A stretch of 64,000 nt of DNA from an uncultured Acidobacteriota bacterium (GCA_963843575.1 CAWJKZ010000014.1:192001-256000), one strand, 5' to 3'. Shown: positions 52,890 through 64,000, numbered from the stretch's first letter. Translations and numbers: made by a program. Notes: generated by a model from the sequence alone, not told the origin.

Positions 52890-54282
52890 ATCATCTCCCA
52901 CCGACACCTTCACCGACACGCTCAAGGCCGAGATCGTGGCGGGGAGCGAAAACCTCTCGCTCTGGCTCAACTATGTCCAGGAATCCGGCGGGCTGGACCG
53001 GTTGTTCGAACTCGAATCCTGGCTCAAGGGACTGCGCTGCTTTTTTCAACCCGAGCACCTGCCGCTGGGCGAAACCGATCGAGCAGAGCTCCTCCGCAGG
53101 AGCTTCGCTCCCGAATTGCGGATCGTGCGCACGGCGCTGCTGCTGTGCGAGCAGCGCCTGGCTGCCGTATGCGCGTGTGGCCAGCCGGACCGCCTGGAGT
53201 TCGAGGCATTCAGCGGTCAAACCCGCGCTGCGAGCGCTTCCGACCACCCCATTGGAAGACTGCTGGAGCAGCCGACGCCGATGGACAGCCTGACGCGGCT
53301 GATGGAGTCGCTCGACGACCTGCGTGTTCTCGTCGAGAGCGTGGCCGCGGGGACGCGGCAAGATTACCAGGTGTTCCTCGCCCTCGGGAGAGCCTACCAG
53401 AAGGAACTGCGAGGCTGCCGTTACGTCGACATGCTTCTCAGCCAGCGCTTTCGGCTTCAGTACGACCGGGTGGACAACCCCATACTCGGCGGCATCCTGC
53501 GAGGCATCGCCGACGACGCGCTGCGCCGGGACGTTGCCGTCGCCCTGCTGTACCTGCTGCGCTTCCTGAAATACCTGGGGCTGGCCGAGACCGAGATGAG
53601 CGCGGACCGCCCGCTGCGGCACCTGGTCGTGCTCTTCGCGCTCCTGCACGAAGAAGTGGGAAAATTGGCGGATTTCCTGCGCTCCCGCCTATTGAAACGC
53701 AAGGAAGCGGGCCCCACGCTGCAGAGCGCGGTGGAGCTCGTCGTGTACTCGCTCAGCATGGAGTCGCAGCGCGCCCTGCAAAGGGAGCTTCTGTATGTCG
53801 CCCGTGAGACGGAAGCTCCGCCGATCTACACCCACATCGAGAACAGCCACGGGCTGCTGCGTCACTGCGTGCAGAGCTGCGCGGTCACTCTCGTCGGCGT
53901 TTTTGAGAGGTCACTCGACCCGCAAAAGTTGTTCCCATCGATGCTCGAAACCGAGCGGAAATCGCTGCAGTTGCGGCAAGGTCTCTGGGATCTGCGCGAC
54001 TACATTAAACAGGTCCTGGACACCCGCACGCCGCCGGACCTGGCGCGGCTGGTCGGTCGCCTGAATCTGTTCCGCGAGACATTCCTGCGTCACCTGACTT
54101 ACCGCGACTGGGCGCAGTTCGAACAGTTCGGCGACCAGATCATCGTCTGCGTCGACCAAGCCGATGTCCGGACCATCTTGAGGAAACTCGTCGTCCACAT
54201 CGAGGGCCTCGTCCAGGAGGTGTCGAAGAGGAGCGTCGTGCCGGAACACGTCCCGGAGCCCCTGGCGGGGGCGACCGAATAG
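52873..54282 (+). CDS. 469-aa all-helical cytoplasmic hypothetical protein
   Basis: Long Leu-rich amphipathic ORF with no TM or signal peptide; overlaps the upstream gene. Confidence 0.85.
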   Translation: MMTAPKSSPTDTFTDTLKAEIVAGSENLSLWLNYVQESGGLDRLFELESWLKGLRCFFQPEHLPLGETDRAELLRRSFAPELRIVRTALLLCEQRLAAVCACGQPDRLEFEAFSGQTRAASASDHPIGRLLEQPTPMDSLTRLMESLDDLRVLVESVAAGTRQDYQVFLALGRAYQKELRGCRYVDMLLSQRFRLQYDRVDNPILGGILRGIADDALRRDVAVALLYLLRFLKYLGLAETEMSADRPLRHLVVLFALLHEEVGKLADFLRSRLLKRKEAGPTLQSAVELVVYSLSMESQRALQRELLYVARETEAPPIYTHIENSHGLLRHCVQSCAVTLVGVFERSLDPQKLFPSMLETERKSLQLRQGLWDLRDYIKQVLDTRTPPDLARLVGRLNLFRETFLRHLTYRDWAQFEQFGDQIIVCVDQADVRTILRKLVVHIEGLVQEVSKRSVVPEHVPEPLAGATE

Positions 54283-54331
54283 GCCGGTTCCATTCGGGGC
54301 CGCCAAGGCACACGGCCCAGCGGATCCACGT

Positions 54332-54898
54332 ATGAAGGTCAAATGGAAGAAAGTATTCCTCTGGTCTTCCCTTGGGAGCGTCGCCTTGGGTGCGACCGTT
54401 GCGTTTGCGCGTAAGTCGCGCAAGGCGGCACGCTCGCGGGTGGAGTATCGGCCCCTCCCACCGGGGAGCGGAGTTAAAGCGCAGACCGAGGTCTTCGTCG
54501 AGGAAGGGAAGCCGGCGCAAGACACGTACCAGCTAACACCGACCTCCTTCAGGGTCTGGAGCGTGCTGGAGCTGCAGTCGGAACCCGGAACGCCCAACCC
54601 CGCGGGGAAGGCGATCTACCACGTAACCCTGACGCGTGGCGGCGCAACCGCCGCCGCCGCTGCCGGAGAGCGGTTGCTCGAGAGGTTTTACGGCACGATC
54701 CGCAGCGTGGAGCCCGGCGGAGCCGAACCCCGCAGAGACTGCATCGCCGGCGGCGCATTTCTCGAAATCCCGCGCTGCTACGTTGGGGGCGCCGCCAACG
54801 GGATCGAAAGCGGCGAGGTTCACCGCTCCAGGGCGCCGATTCTGGATTTCACCCTCGAACCCGACCTCGAGTCCTCAGCTGATCAGCGCCCCCTTTAA
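54332..54898 (+). CDS. Hypothetical protein with an N-terminal membrane anchor
   Basis: MKVKWKK, then a hydrophobic helix, then a basic stretch. Confidence 0.65.
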   Translation: MKVKWKKVFLWSSLGSVALGATVAFARKSRKAARSRVEYRPLPPGSGVKAQTEVFVEEGKPAQDTYQLTPTSFRVWSVLELQSEPGTPNPAGKAIYHVTLTRGGATAAAAAGERLLERFYGTIRSVEPGGAEPRRDCIAGGAFLEIPRCYVGGAANGIESGEVHRSRAPILDFTLEPDLESSADQRPL

Positions 54899-55867
54899 CG
54901 CGCGGGTCCAGTGAAACACCAGCCCGTCGTGTCCGGCTTCGACGTGCACAATCTGGTTCGGGTCCAACCCGTGATCGGCTACCTGGCTGGCGAGCGGGAA
55001 CTCCAGGTATTCCCGCACGGCGCGGCGCAGGGGCCGTGCGCCGTAACGTAGGTTCGTGCCGCGCTGAATCAGGAATCGCTTCGTCCCCTCTGATATCGCC
55101 GCGCCCACTCCGGCCATGGCCAGTCGCGCGCGGGTGTCGAACAGGAACTTCTCCAGGATGGACATCAGGTGGTCGTCCTTCAAGCGGTTGAAGGTGATGA
55201 TCTCATCGACGCGGTTGATGAACTCGGGGCTGAAAAAGTCCTCCACGGCGCTGATGCAGACGGTCTGGATCTTGTGGTCGGCGGAATCCTGATCCAGTTC
55301 CTCGAACCTCTGCGCGGGCGGGCCGAAGCCGATGATCGCGTTCTTCGTGATGTTGTCGACCTCCTTGGCGCAGACGTTGCTCGTCATCATGATGAAGCAG
55401 TTGCGGAAGTTGAGGTCCACGCCCCTGCCCGTTTTCAGCTCGCCGCGCTCCAGGACCTGCAGCAGCAGGTCGTACAGGGCCCGGTCGGCTTTCTCGAGTT
55501 CCTCGAAAATCACAATCGTGAATTTCTTCTCGATCTTTTCCGGGGTAAGGAACGGCGGTTGCTCGTGCCCGACATATCCCGGCGGGGCGCCGACCAGCTT
55601 GGCGACGTCGTGGGCGTTCTTAAACTCCGTGCAGTTGATGGCCACGACCTCGTTTTCGTCGCCGTGCAGGATCTTGGCCAGGGAGCGGCCGATCTGGCTT
55701 TTGCCGGTTCCCGTCGGTCCGAGGAACAGGAAGGTTCCCAAGGGGCGCCGCGGGTCGCAGATCCCCAGGTCCGCGACGACGACCGCGCGGACCACCGACT
55801 CGACGGCGCGGTCCTGCCCGATGATCTCCTTCTGCAGCTGACTCCTGAGCTCTTGGGCTCTGAGCAT
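54875..55867 (-). CDS. Stand-alone Clp/Hsp100 D2-type AAA+ ATPase
   Basis: IIGQD.AV, FLFLGPTGTGKS, GAPPGYVG, MTSN, FSPEFINRVD, YGARPLRR; GGAGG RBS before ATG 55867. Confidence 0.9.
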   Translation of the reverse strand: MLRAQELRSQLQKEIIGQDRAVESVVRAVVVADLGICDPRRPLGTFLFLGPTGTGKSQIGRSLAKILHGDENEVVAINCTEFKNAHDVAKLVGAPPGYVGHEQPPFLTPEKIEKKFTIVIFEELEKADRALYDLLLQVLERGELKTGRGVDLNFRNCFIMMTSNVCAKEVDNITKNAIIGFGPPAQRFEELDQDSADHKIQTVCISAVEDFFSPEFINRVDEIITFNRLKDDHLMSILEKFLFDTRARLAMAGVGAAISEGTKRFLIQRGTNLRYGARPLRRAVREYLEFPLASQVADHGLDPNQIVHVEAGHDGLVFHWTRALKGALIS

Positions 55868-56166
55868 GCGTCCCTCCCTTGCCACCAGCCTTTGACCCGG
55901 TGCGGCCCTTTCGCCGCGGTCCTGGTCAACCACCCTGCTCATAACGATATCTTTGAACCCGAAAAAGTTTCTTCCGAGCCGGAAAAAATTCCCTCTGGCT
56001 GGGCGGCCTTTTCTCATGTCCTCATCGAGGCGAAAAACCTTAGGGGAGCCCCGTAAATTTTGCTAGACTCAGAGGTTAATTTGCGTCGTGCCATCGCCGG
56101 GTTTCCCGCTCCGCCGAGTCGTGGAGGCCCAAGTTTTTCCGCAAACCAATTCTCGCGCAGGTTGAG

Positions 56167-57435
56167 ATGCAAGACACGCTCCTGACGACGATACCGGGCA
56201 CGCGGGATCTTCTGCCCGACGAACTCGCCCCGTGGCAGTTAGTGGAGACGAAGGCGCGCGGGCTCTTCGCCCAGTACGGATTCCAGGAAATCCGCACACC
56301 CATCCTCGAAGCCACGGAGCTGTTTGCGCGGGGTATAGGAGGGGACACCGACATCGTCGGGAAGGAGATGTACACCTTCCTGGACCAGAGCGGCAAATCG
56401 ATAACGCTGCGCCCCGAGGCTACGGCATCCGTGGTGCGGGCGTACGCCCAACACGCCATGTACCGCGGGGCGGGACTCACCAAGCTCTACTACATCGGCC
56501 CCATGTTCAGGCACGAGAAGAAACAGAAGGGGCGTTGGCGGCAGTTCTACCAGATCGGCGCAGAGGTTTTGGGCTCGGACCACCCCGCCATAGAGACCGA
56601 GGTGATCGAAATGGTCCTTCGCCTGCTCGGCTCGTTGCAGATCCAATGCCAGTTGCTGGTGAATTCGGTCGGTTGCCCAAACTGCCGTCCCGCATACATC
56701 CGGTTGCTGCGCGCCGAGCTCGAGCGCATTGGCGGCGTTTTGTGCGAAGACTGCCGGCGCCGCGCGGAAACTAACCCACTGCGCGTCCTGGACTGCAAGG
56801 TGGAAGCGTGTCAGCCGCACATAGAGCGGCTGCCGATGATTACCGACCACTTGTGCGACGACTGCTCCATGCACTTCCGACGTTTCAGGGGCTACCTGGA
56901 CGAGGCGGAGATCCGTTACAGGATCGTGCCGAGGCTGGTGCGGGGGTTGGACTACTACGTCCGGACGGCATTCGAGATCGTTTCGGGAGAGCTGGGCGCC
57001 CAGAATGCGCTGGTCGGCGGCGGGCGCTATGACGGACTATCGGAAGTCATCGGCGGTCCGCCCGCCCAAGGCTTCGGCTTCGCGCTTGGAGTCGATCGAC
57101 TGGTCATGATCGTGCCCGAGGACATTGGGAGGAGCGCCGCGCACAAGCCTTCTGTTTTTCTCGCCTACATCGGGGAGGCGGCATTCGAGCGCGCCCGCGC
57201 CATCGCGCGGATTTTGCGCGGGGAGGGCGTTTCCGCCCACCTGGAGCTCGGCGGGGGCAGCCTCAAGAGCCAGATGCGGATGGCCAACAAGCTGCAGGCG
57301 GAGCACGTGCTCATCATCGGCGACGAGGAGCTCGCGCGCGGACGGTATCCGGTCCGACGCATGCGCGACTCCAAGCAGTGGGACGTCTCGCTGCCGGAGC
57401 TCTCCGGCTATCTCAAGACGCACGAAGCCCGCTAG
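56167..57435 (+). CDS. hisS: Histidyl-tRNA synthetase
   Basis: LRPEATA, GPMFRHE, RQFYQ, LVRGLDYY, GGGRYD. Confidence 0.98.
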   Translation: MQDTLLTTIPGTRDLLPDELAPWQLVETKARGLFAQYGFQEIRTPILEATELFARGIGGDTDIVGKEMYTFLDQSGKSITLRPEATASVVRAYAQHAMYRGAGLTKLYYIGPMFRHEKKQKGRWRQFYQIGAEVLGSDHPAIETEVIEMVLRLLGSLQIQCQLLVNSVGCPNCRPAYIRLLRAELERIGGVLCEDCRRRAETNPLRVLDCKVEACQPHIERLPMITDHLCDDCSMHFRRFRGYLDEAEIRYRIVPRLVRGLDYYVRTAFEIVSGELGAQNALVGGGRYDGLSEVIGGPPAQGFGFALGVDRLVMIVPEDIGRSAAHKPSVFLAYIGEAAFERARAIARILRGEGVSAHLELGGGSLKSQMRMANKLQAEHVLIIGDEELARGRYPVRRMRDSKQWDVSLPELSGYLKTHEAR

Positions 57436-57446
57436 GGCGCACAGGC

Positions 57447-59294
57447 ATGAGCAAGATCCGCGTTTTGCCCGAGATCCTGGCCAATAAGATCGCTGCGGGG
57501 GAGATCGTGGAACGCCCTGCGTCGGTGGTCAAGGAGCTCCTCGAAAACTCGATCGATGCCGGGTCGCATGCCTTGTCCCTCGCGGTGGAAGGTGGCGGCA
57601 AGCGGTTGATCCTCGTGCGCGACGACGGAGAGGGGATGAGCCAGGACGACGCCATACTCGCCTTTGAGCACCACGCCACGAGCAAACTGCAGACGATCGA
57701 CGACCTGGCTTCGATCGCGACGCTGGGGTTTCGCGGCGAAGCCCTCCCTTCCATCGCGTCCATATCACGCCTGACGTTGCGCACGCGGCCGCCTGAGGAG
57801 CCCGGGCATCCGGCAACCGGGACCGAGGTGGAGATCCAGGGGGGCATCCTGCGCCACGTCAAGCCGATCCCGTGGGACCGGGGCACCGAAGTGACGGTCC
57901 GCGACCTGTTTTTCAACGTCCCCGCAAGGCGCAAGTTCCTGCGTTCGAACGATACTGAACTGGGGCACATCACGCGGCTCGTGACCCAGTACGCGCTGGC
58001 CCACCCCGAGATGCGGTTCCGGCTGGAAAGCGAAGGACGATCGCTCATCGACGTGACTCCTGTCCCGACACTGCGCGAGCGGATATTCCAGGTGTTCGGC
58101 GACAAGTTCCTCGAAAACCTCGTCGAGCTTTCCGGCCGCAGCGGTTCGGTGGAGCTGCGCGGATTCAGTTCGCGCCCGCACGAACAGAGAACGAACCCGT
58201 ACTCCCAGTTTTTTTTCGTCAACCGCCGGATGGTGCGAGACAAAGTGATCACGAGCGCCGTGCGCCAGGCCTATCGGCATACGATGCCGGCGTCGGCGTA
58301 TCCGGTCGTCCTGATCTTCCTGCAGTTGCCGTACGAAGAAGTCGACGTCAACGCCCACCCGGCCAAGACCGAGATCCGCTTCCGCCAGCAGAGCATCGTC
58401 CACGACCTGGTCCGCGAGACCATCGGCAGCGCGCTGGTCCGGAGCAAATCGATACCGGTGTACGAGCACCTGCCGGCCGCGGGTCAGGAGACCCTCGATC
58501 CGCGTTCCGCGGCGCCGGCCGCTGCGTACCCGCCCGAGTTCGAATTCAGGCCGCCCTCAACGGCCCCGGATCCCTTTCAGCGCGCTTTCAACTACCCCTT
58601 CAGGGAACTTTCCCCGCTGCCAGCTCCGTCCGGACAAAGCCACGAATTCATGAAGCTCCGCGCGGACCTTCTACTCGGCGCGACTCCGGACGAGGGCGAG
58701 ACGCATCCCTTCGCCTCCGGCGGTGTCCGGATACTCGGGCAGATGCAGGAGAGCTATATCGTCGCGTGCGACCGGGAGGGGCTCCTCATCATCGATCAGC
58801 ATGTCGCTCACGAAAGAGTCCTCTACGAAAAGCTCGCCACGTCCATGGAGAAGCGGTCCGTCGAGACCCAGGGACTGCTCGTCCCGATGACCGTCGAGCT
58901 GGCACCGCACCAGATGGCGGTGCTCGAACGGGTCCTGCCCGAATTGAACCGCAACGGGTTTCAGGTCGAGCCGTTCGGCGGAAACGCAATCCTGATGCGC
59001 TCGGTCCCGGTGCTGGCGCGGGACTGCGACTGCCGGAAATTGATCGCGGAAATCCTTGAGGGGTTGGAGGCCGAGGAGAGGACGCTCGATGTCGCTCGGA
59101 TCCGCGACCGGTTGGCCGTGAGCATGGCGTGCAGGGCGGCCATAAAGGTGAACATGTCGCTCACCGTCGAAAAAATGCAGTGGTTGCTGGATGAGCTGTC
59201 CCAGACGCGGGTTCCCACCAACTGCCCGCATGGCCGGCCGGTGATCCTGCGGTTCAGCCTGTACGAGATCGAGCGCAACTTCGGCCGGATCTGA
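57447..59294 (+). CDS. mutL: Mismatch repair protein MutL
   Basis: IAAGEIVERPASVVKELLENS.DA, GFRGEAL, DQHVAHERV, ACR, CPHGRP endonuclease motifs. Confidence 0.98.
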   Translation: MSKIRVLPEILANKIAAGEIVERPASVVKELLENSIDAGSHALSLAVEGGGKRLILVRDDGEGMSQDDAILAFEHHATSKLQTIDDLASIATLGFRGEALPSIASISRLTLRTRPPEEPGHPATGTEVEIQGGILRHVKPIPWDRGTEVTVRDLFFNVPARRKFLRSNDTELGHITRLVTQYALAHPEMRFRLESEGRSLIDVTPVPTLRERIFQVFGDKFLENLVELSGRSGSVELRGFSSRPHEQRTNPYSQFFFVNRRMVRDKVITSAVRQAYRHTMPASAYPVVLIFLQLPYEEVDVNAHPAKTEIRFRQQSIVHDLVRETIGSALVRSKSIPVYEHLPAAGQETLDPRSAAPAAAYPPEFEFRPPSTAPDPFQRAFNYPFRELSPLPAPSGQSHEFMKLRADLLLGATPDEGETHPFASGGVRILGQMQESYIVACDREGLLIIDQHVAHERVLYEKLATSMEKRSVETQGLLVPMTVELAPHQMAVLERVLPELNRNGFQVEPFGGNAILMRSVPVLARDCDCRKLIAEILEGLEAEERTLDVARIRDRLAVSMACRAAIKVNMSLTVEKMQWLLDELSQTRVPTNCPHGRPVILRFSLYEIERNFGRI

Positions 59295-59361
59295 CGGTGC
59301 CGACCCGCCCGGCCTGCGAACGAATCCACGGCGCCCGGCGGTGAGACGGTCGTGGGAGGGT

Positions 59362-60252
59362 TCAGGGGCCGGCGACGGCGGCGGTGGCGACCGCACCCAT
59401 GCGTCGGAACTTCAGGTAGCGGTGTTCGCGCAGCTCTGGGCCGGATCTGGCCACCAGGGATTCGAGGGCGGGGCGCAGGCGCTCATCGAGCAGCCTGGCG
59501 GCGGCATCGTGGTCGTGGTGGGCTCCGCCCGGGGGCTCCGCCACGATCTCGTCCACCACCCCAAAGCCCTTCAGGTCGGGGGCCGTGATCTTCAGGGCGC
59601 TGGCTGCGACCTCGACGTGCTGCTGATCCTTCCAGAGGATTGCGGAGCACCCTTCGGGAGTGATGACTGTGTAAATGGCGTTCTCCATCATCAGCACGTA
59701 GTTGCCCACCGCAATCCCGAGAGCTCCACCGCTGCCCCCCTCGCCGATGATGCAGACGACCACGGGCACCTCGAGCCTGGACATCTCGCGCAGGTTGAAG
59801 GCAATCGCCTCCGCCTGGCCGCGCTCCTCGGCGCCGACGCTCGGGTAGGCGCCCGGCGTGTCCACGAAACAGAGGATGGGGCGCGAGAACTTCTCCGCCA
59901 ACCGCATGGCACGCAGCGCCTTCCGGTAGCCCTCCGGCTGGGCGTAGCCGAAGTTGCGGTGCTTCCGCTGCTGCAGGTCGCGGCCCTTCTGGTGCCCGAG
60001 CACCATCACGTGCCGCCCGTGGTATCGCGCGAAGCCGGCGACGATGGCCGGATCGTCGGCGAAGCGCCGATCGCCGTGAATCTCCGAGAAATCCTGGAAG
60101 AGGCGTTCCATGTAATCGAGCGTGTAGGGACGGTGCTCGTGTCGTGCCAGGAGGGTGTGCTGCCAGGCTTGGCTCTGGTTGGCCTGTCGCAGTCGTGCCA
60201 GCTCCGCGCGCAATTCTTGCAGCTGTTCTCCCTGATTGTCCTGCTGACCCAT
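59362..60252 (-). CDS. accA: Acetyl-CoA carboxylase carboxyltransferase alpha subunit
   Basis: HGDRRFADD, PEGYRKALR, DTPGAYP, GEGGSGGAL. Confidence 0.96.
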   Translation of the reverse strand: MGQQDNQGEQLQELRAELARLRQANQSQAWQHTLLARHEHRPYTLDYMERLFQDFSEIHGDRRFADDPAIVAGFARYHGRHVMVLGHQKGRDLQQRKHRNFGYAQPEGYRKALRAMRLAEKFSRPILCFVDTPGAYPSVGAEERGQAEAIAFNLREMSRLEVPVVVCIIGEGGSGGALGIAVGNYVLMMENAIYTVITPEGCSAILWKDQQHVEVAASALKITAPDLKGFGVVDEIVAEPPGGAHHDHDAAARLLDERLRPALESLVARSGPELREHRYLKFRRMGAVATAAVAGP

Positions 60253-60312
60253 TCTGCACTCCGCCCGCTGGGATCCGCACAAGCAAACGCGTGCCGCAGC
60301 CGTAGAATCCGA

Positions 60313-63300
60313 CTACTTCACGACCACGACCGACCCCGGTCCGCAGATCCCTTCGATGGCCCGGATCAGCTCGGGGCTGGATTTCACCTTCACGAACTCC
60401 GCGGACTGGATCGTAACACGGAAGTCCCGGGGATTATAGAGTTCCACTTCGATCCCGGTTTCGCCGCGGTTCTTCTGGAACAGCTGATGCAGCTGGACGG
60501 CTGCGGCCGGGCTGATGTCGGGGACGGCTGCCCGGATGCACAAGGTCCGGGCGAACCTCTCGGTAGCGCCCTGCAGGGGCTGCAGTTCCGACGCGATGAG
60601 CTTGCACGATTTCTCGTCCTCGGCCTCGAATCGGCCGCTGACCAGGACCGGCGTGTCGGACGTGAGGTATTGCTCGGACTTCATGTATAGGCTGGGGAAG
60701 ACCACGGTCTCAACCGAGGCCGTGAGATCCTCCAGGTTGAACACCGCCATCAGCTCGCCTTTTTTGGTGCGGCGGGTGCGGCAGTCGGTGACCATGCCCG
60801 CGATACGGCACTCTGCGTTCCGGGCTTCGCTGATGAGTTCGGCGAGCGTTCTCTTGTTGAAGCGTGCCAACTCGCTGCTGAATCGGTCGAGCGGGTGGCC
60901 GGAAACGTAGTACCCGAGCGTCTCCTTCTCGTGCGCCAGCAGCTGTTCGGGCCCCCACTCGGCAATTTCGGGCGGGGGAGGTTCGGGCTCGGGCGCGTGA
61001 CCGGGCAGCAGGTCGCTGAAAAGGCCCTTCTGCCCGGACTGCCGGTCGCGCTGGATCTTCTGCCCGTGTTCTATGGCAGCGTCGATCGACGCCATCAGTT
61101 GAGACCTCTTCCAGCCGAATGAGTCGAGCGCGCCACTCTTGATGAGGCTTTCGAGCACGCGCTTGTTGACCGCCCGCGAATCCACCTCTTCGCAGAACTG
61201 GAACAGGCCGGTGAAACGCCCGTGCTGGTTGCGGTACTGCAGCATGGAACGGATCGCCCCTTCGCCGACGTTGCGTATGGCCAGCATGCCGAAGCGGATG
61301 TGCCCGCCCGTCGAGAGGAAGTCGAGTTCGCTCTCGTTGATGTCCGGCGGCAGGACGCGTATCCCCATGTCCCTGCACTCGGCGATGTACATGACTATCT
61401 TTTCCGTGTCGCCGATCTCGCTCGACAAGAGCGACGCCATGAACTGAACCGGGAAGTGGACCTTGAGGTACGCCGTCTGGTAGGCCAGCAGCGCGTAGGC
61501 TGTGCTGTGGGACTTGTTGAAGCCGTACTGGGCGAAGTGCTCCATGAGTTCGAAGACCTGCACGGCGCTCTTTTCGGGAATCTTGTTCTTTTTGGCTCCC
61601 TGGATGAATTTGTCCTTCATCGAGACCATGACCGAGGCCATCTTCTTTCCCATGGCTTTGCGCAACACGTCGGCCTCACCCAGCGAGAATCCCGCCATTT
61701 TGCTGGCGATCTGCATGACCTGTTCCTGGTAGACGATGACGCCGTAGGTTTCCTTCAGGATCCCTGCGAGCACGGGGTGCGCGTATTCGACCTCGACCTG
61801 GCCGTGCTTCCTCCTGATGAAGTCCGGGATCATGTCCATCGGGCCGGGTCGGTACAGGGCGTTCAAGGCGATCAGGTCCTCGAAGCGCTCCGGGCGCAAT
61901 CGGCGCAGCTCCGCCTTCATCCCGCCGCTTTCAAACTGGAAGATGCCGTTGGTCTTACCCTCGGAGAAGAGCGCGTACACCTCCGGGTCGTTCAGGCTTA
62001 CGGCGGAGAGATCCAGATCCTGGCCGAGCTCCTCCCGGATGCGTTTGACCGAGTGGTCGATGACGGTGAGGGTGGCCAGGGCCAGGAAGTCCATCTTCAG
62101 CAGGCCGATGCTTTCCAGGTCCTTCATGCTGTACTGGGTCGTCAGCTCGTCTTTGTTCGTCTTGTGCAGCGGGATCAGTTCGACGAGGGGCTTGGGCGCG
62201 ATGACGACGCCGGCGGCGTGAGTCGACGAATGGCGTGACAACCCCTCCAGGCGCTTGGCGATCTCGATGAGGCGCTCGATCTGCGGGTTCTTGTTCATCT
62301 CCTCGCGCAACCGAGGTTCCTGCTCGAGGGCCTTGTCGATCGTGGCGTTGAGCTCGTTCGGGATGAGCTTCGCGATGCGGTCCACGTCGGCGTAGGGGAT
62401 GTCGAGGCTGCGGCCGACGTCGCGGATCACTCCCTTGGCGGCCATGGTGCCGAAGGTGATGATCTGGCAGACGTTCTCGCGGCCGTACTTCCGGGCCACG
62501 TAGTCGATGACCTCCGCGCGCCGGTTCATGCAGAAGTCCATGTCGATGTCCGGCGGTGCGATGCGCTCCGGGTTCAGGAAGCGCTCGAAAAACAGGTCGT
62601 ATTGCAGCGGGTCGATGTCGGTGATCCGCATGCTGTAGGCGACGAGGCTACCAACGACCGAGCCCCGGCCCGGGACCCACGGGGATGCAGTCGTCGCGGG
62701 CGTGCTTGATCAGGTCCCACACGATGAGGAAGTAGCTCGAAAACTTCATCATCTTGATCATCGCGATCTCGAAATCGAGCCTCTCGTGGTACGCTTCCAT
62801 CGGGTTCTTGAGCAGCCCCTGGCGCGCCATCGCCTCCAGGTGGGGCCGGCGCGTCTCGAAGCCCTCTTGGACGACCTTCTCGAAATACGTGTCGGAGGTA
62901 AAGCCCGGCGGGACCTCGAAAGGGGGGAGAGACTCGGAAATCTCTATTCTCAGATTGCAGCGTTCGGCGACCCGCACCGTGTTGAGCAGTGCTTCGGGAA
63001 CGTGTCCCCACAGCTTGCCCATCTCGCTCGGAGACTTGAAGTAGAACTGGTCGCTGCCATAGCGCATCCGGTCCGTATCCTGCACGGTCTTTCCCGTGCC
63101 GATGCAGAGCAGCACGTCGTGGGCCACGCTGTCTTCGCGGGTCAGGTAGTGGCAGTCGTTGGTGCAGATCAGGGGGATGCCGGTCTTGCGGGAGATCTCG
63201 ATCAGATCGGGGTTGACCTGCAGCTGGCCGGGGAGGCCGTGATCCTGCAGCTCGAGAAAGAAGTTCCCCTGGCCGAAAATCTCGGTCAACTCGCCCGCTT

Positions 63301-63775
63301 CCTGCAACGCGGCGTCGAATTGCTTCATCAGGAGCTTCTGCGGTACGCCCCCTTTGAGACAGGCGGACAATGCCAGAAGCCCCTTGCTGTGCTGGGAGAG
63401 CAGGTCCTTGTCGATGCGCGGCTTGTAGTAGAACCCCTCCAGGTAACCGTAGGAGACCAGCTTGCTCAGGTTGCGGTAACCGGTCTGGTCCTCGGCCAGC
63501 AGCACGAGGTGGTTGGACTGATCGCCGCCGCCGCTCTTCTTGTGACGACTCTCCTTGGCCACGTAGATTTCGCAACCGATGATGGGCTTGAGCCCCTTCT
63601 TCCGGGCGATGCTGTAGAACTGAACGGCGCCAAAGAGGTTGCCGTGGTCGGTGATCGCCATGGAGGGCATTCCCATGGAAAGGGCCTTATCGACCAGGAG
63701 GTCCACCTTGGAGGCGCCATCGAGCAGGCTGTAGTCGGAGTGGTTATGCAGGTGTATGAAATTCGCGTCAGGCAA
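60313..63775 (-). CDS. dnaE: DNA polymerase III alpha subunit; frameshift near 62670
   Basis: PHP HLHNHSDYSLLDG; GPG/RGS; PDIDMDF; YGFNKSH; OB fold. Confidence 0.98.
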
Positions 63776-63778
63776 TGC

Positions 63779-64000
63779 TCACTCCCATTCGATGGTGCCA
63801 GGGGGTTTGGATGTGATGTCATAGACCACACGGTTGATGCCGCGCACTTCGTTGACGATGCGGTTCGAAATGCGTTCCAGGACCGGCAGTGGGATCCTGG
63901 CCCAATCGGCGGTCATGCCGTCGAGGCTGGTGACGGCGCGCAGTGCGGCCACGTTTTCGTAGGTGCGGTCGTCTCCCATGACCCCGACGCTTCGGACCGG
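63779..64000 (-). CDS. guaA: GMP synthase, C-terminal fragment
   Basis: [34 protein letters not shown]. Confidence 0.97.
   Translation of the reverse strand, partial: PVRSVGVMGDDRTYENVAALRAVTSLDGMTADWARIPLPVLERISNRIVNEVRGINRVVYDITSKPPGTIEWE

Noticed and set aside
60313-63775. Split dnaE or intein
   Set aside because: The break is one extra base inside the conserved GPGRGS motif, and there is no intein sequence.

Overview
GC-rich bacterial chromosome segment made mostly of core genes. The gene content and several conserved hypotheticals suggest Acidobacteriota, which is an inference and not a database result. In order: dnaK-hsp20-dnaJ-hspR; a rodZ operon; a Lol-like lipoprotein transport cluster; a pgsA-like gene and mlaDFE; aroC-def-fmt-rsmB-rpe-bamD-romR-like-valS-birA-ftsY; crp, amidase, slt, alaS, recX and pilT on the minus strand; a beta-carbonic anhydrase; fabG-like, radC, hemW, ltaE, meaB and mtnP; lpxL; unknown helical proteins; a stand-alone Clp D2 ATPase; hisS-mutL; and accA-dnaE-guaA. 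About a dozen genes, including essential ones, are broken by single-base indels, often GG->GGG, which look like long-read assembly errors. I saw no tRNA, rRNA, CRISPR array, transposase or prophage. The best leads are a RomR-like polarity regulator with a pilT paralog in pilT-recX-alaS, a self-contained Lol operon with a candidate LolB substitute and a 72-aa membrane protein, repeated leaderless-promoter architecture, two structured intergenic elements between convergent genes, a D2-only Clp ATPase with an altered Walker B next to uncharacterised genes, and a beta-CA with an extra C-terminal domain. None of these is proven novel from sequence alone.
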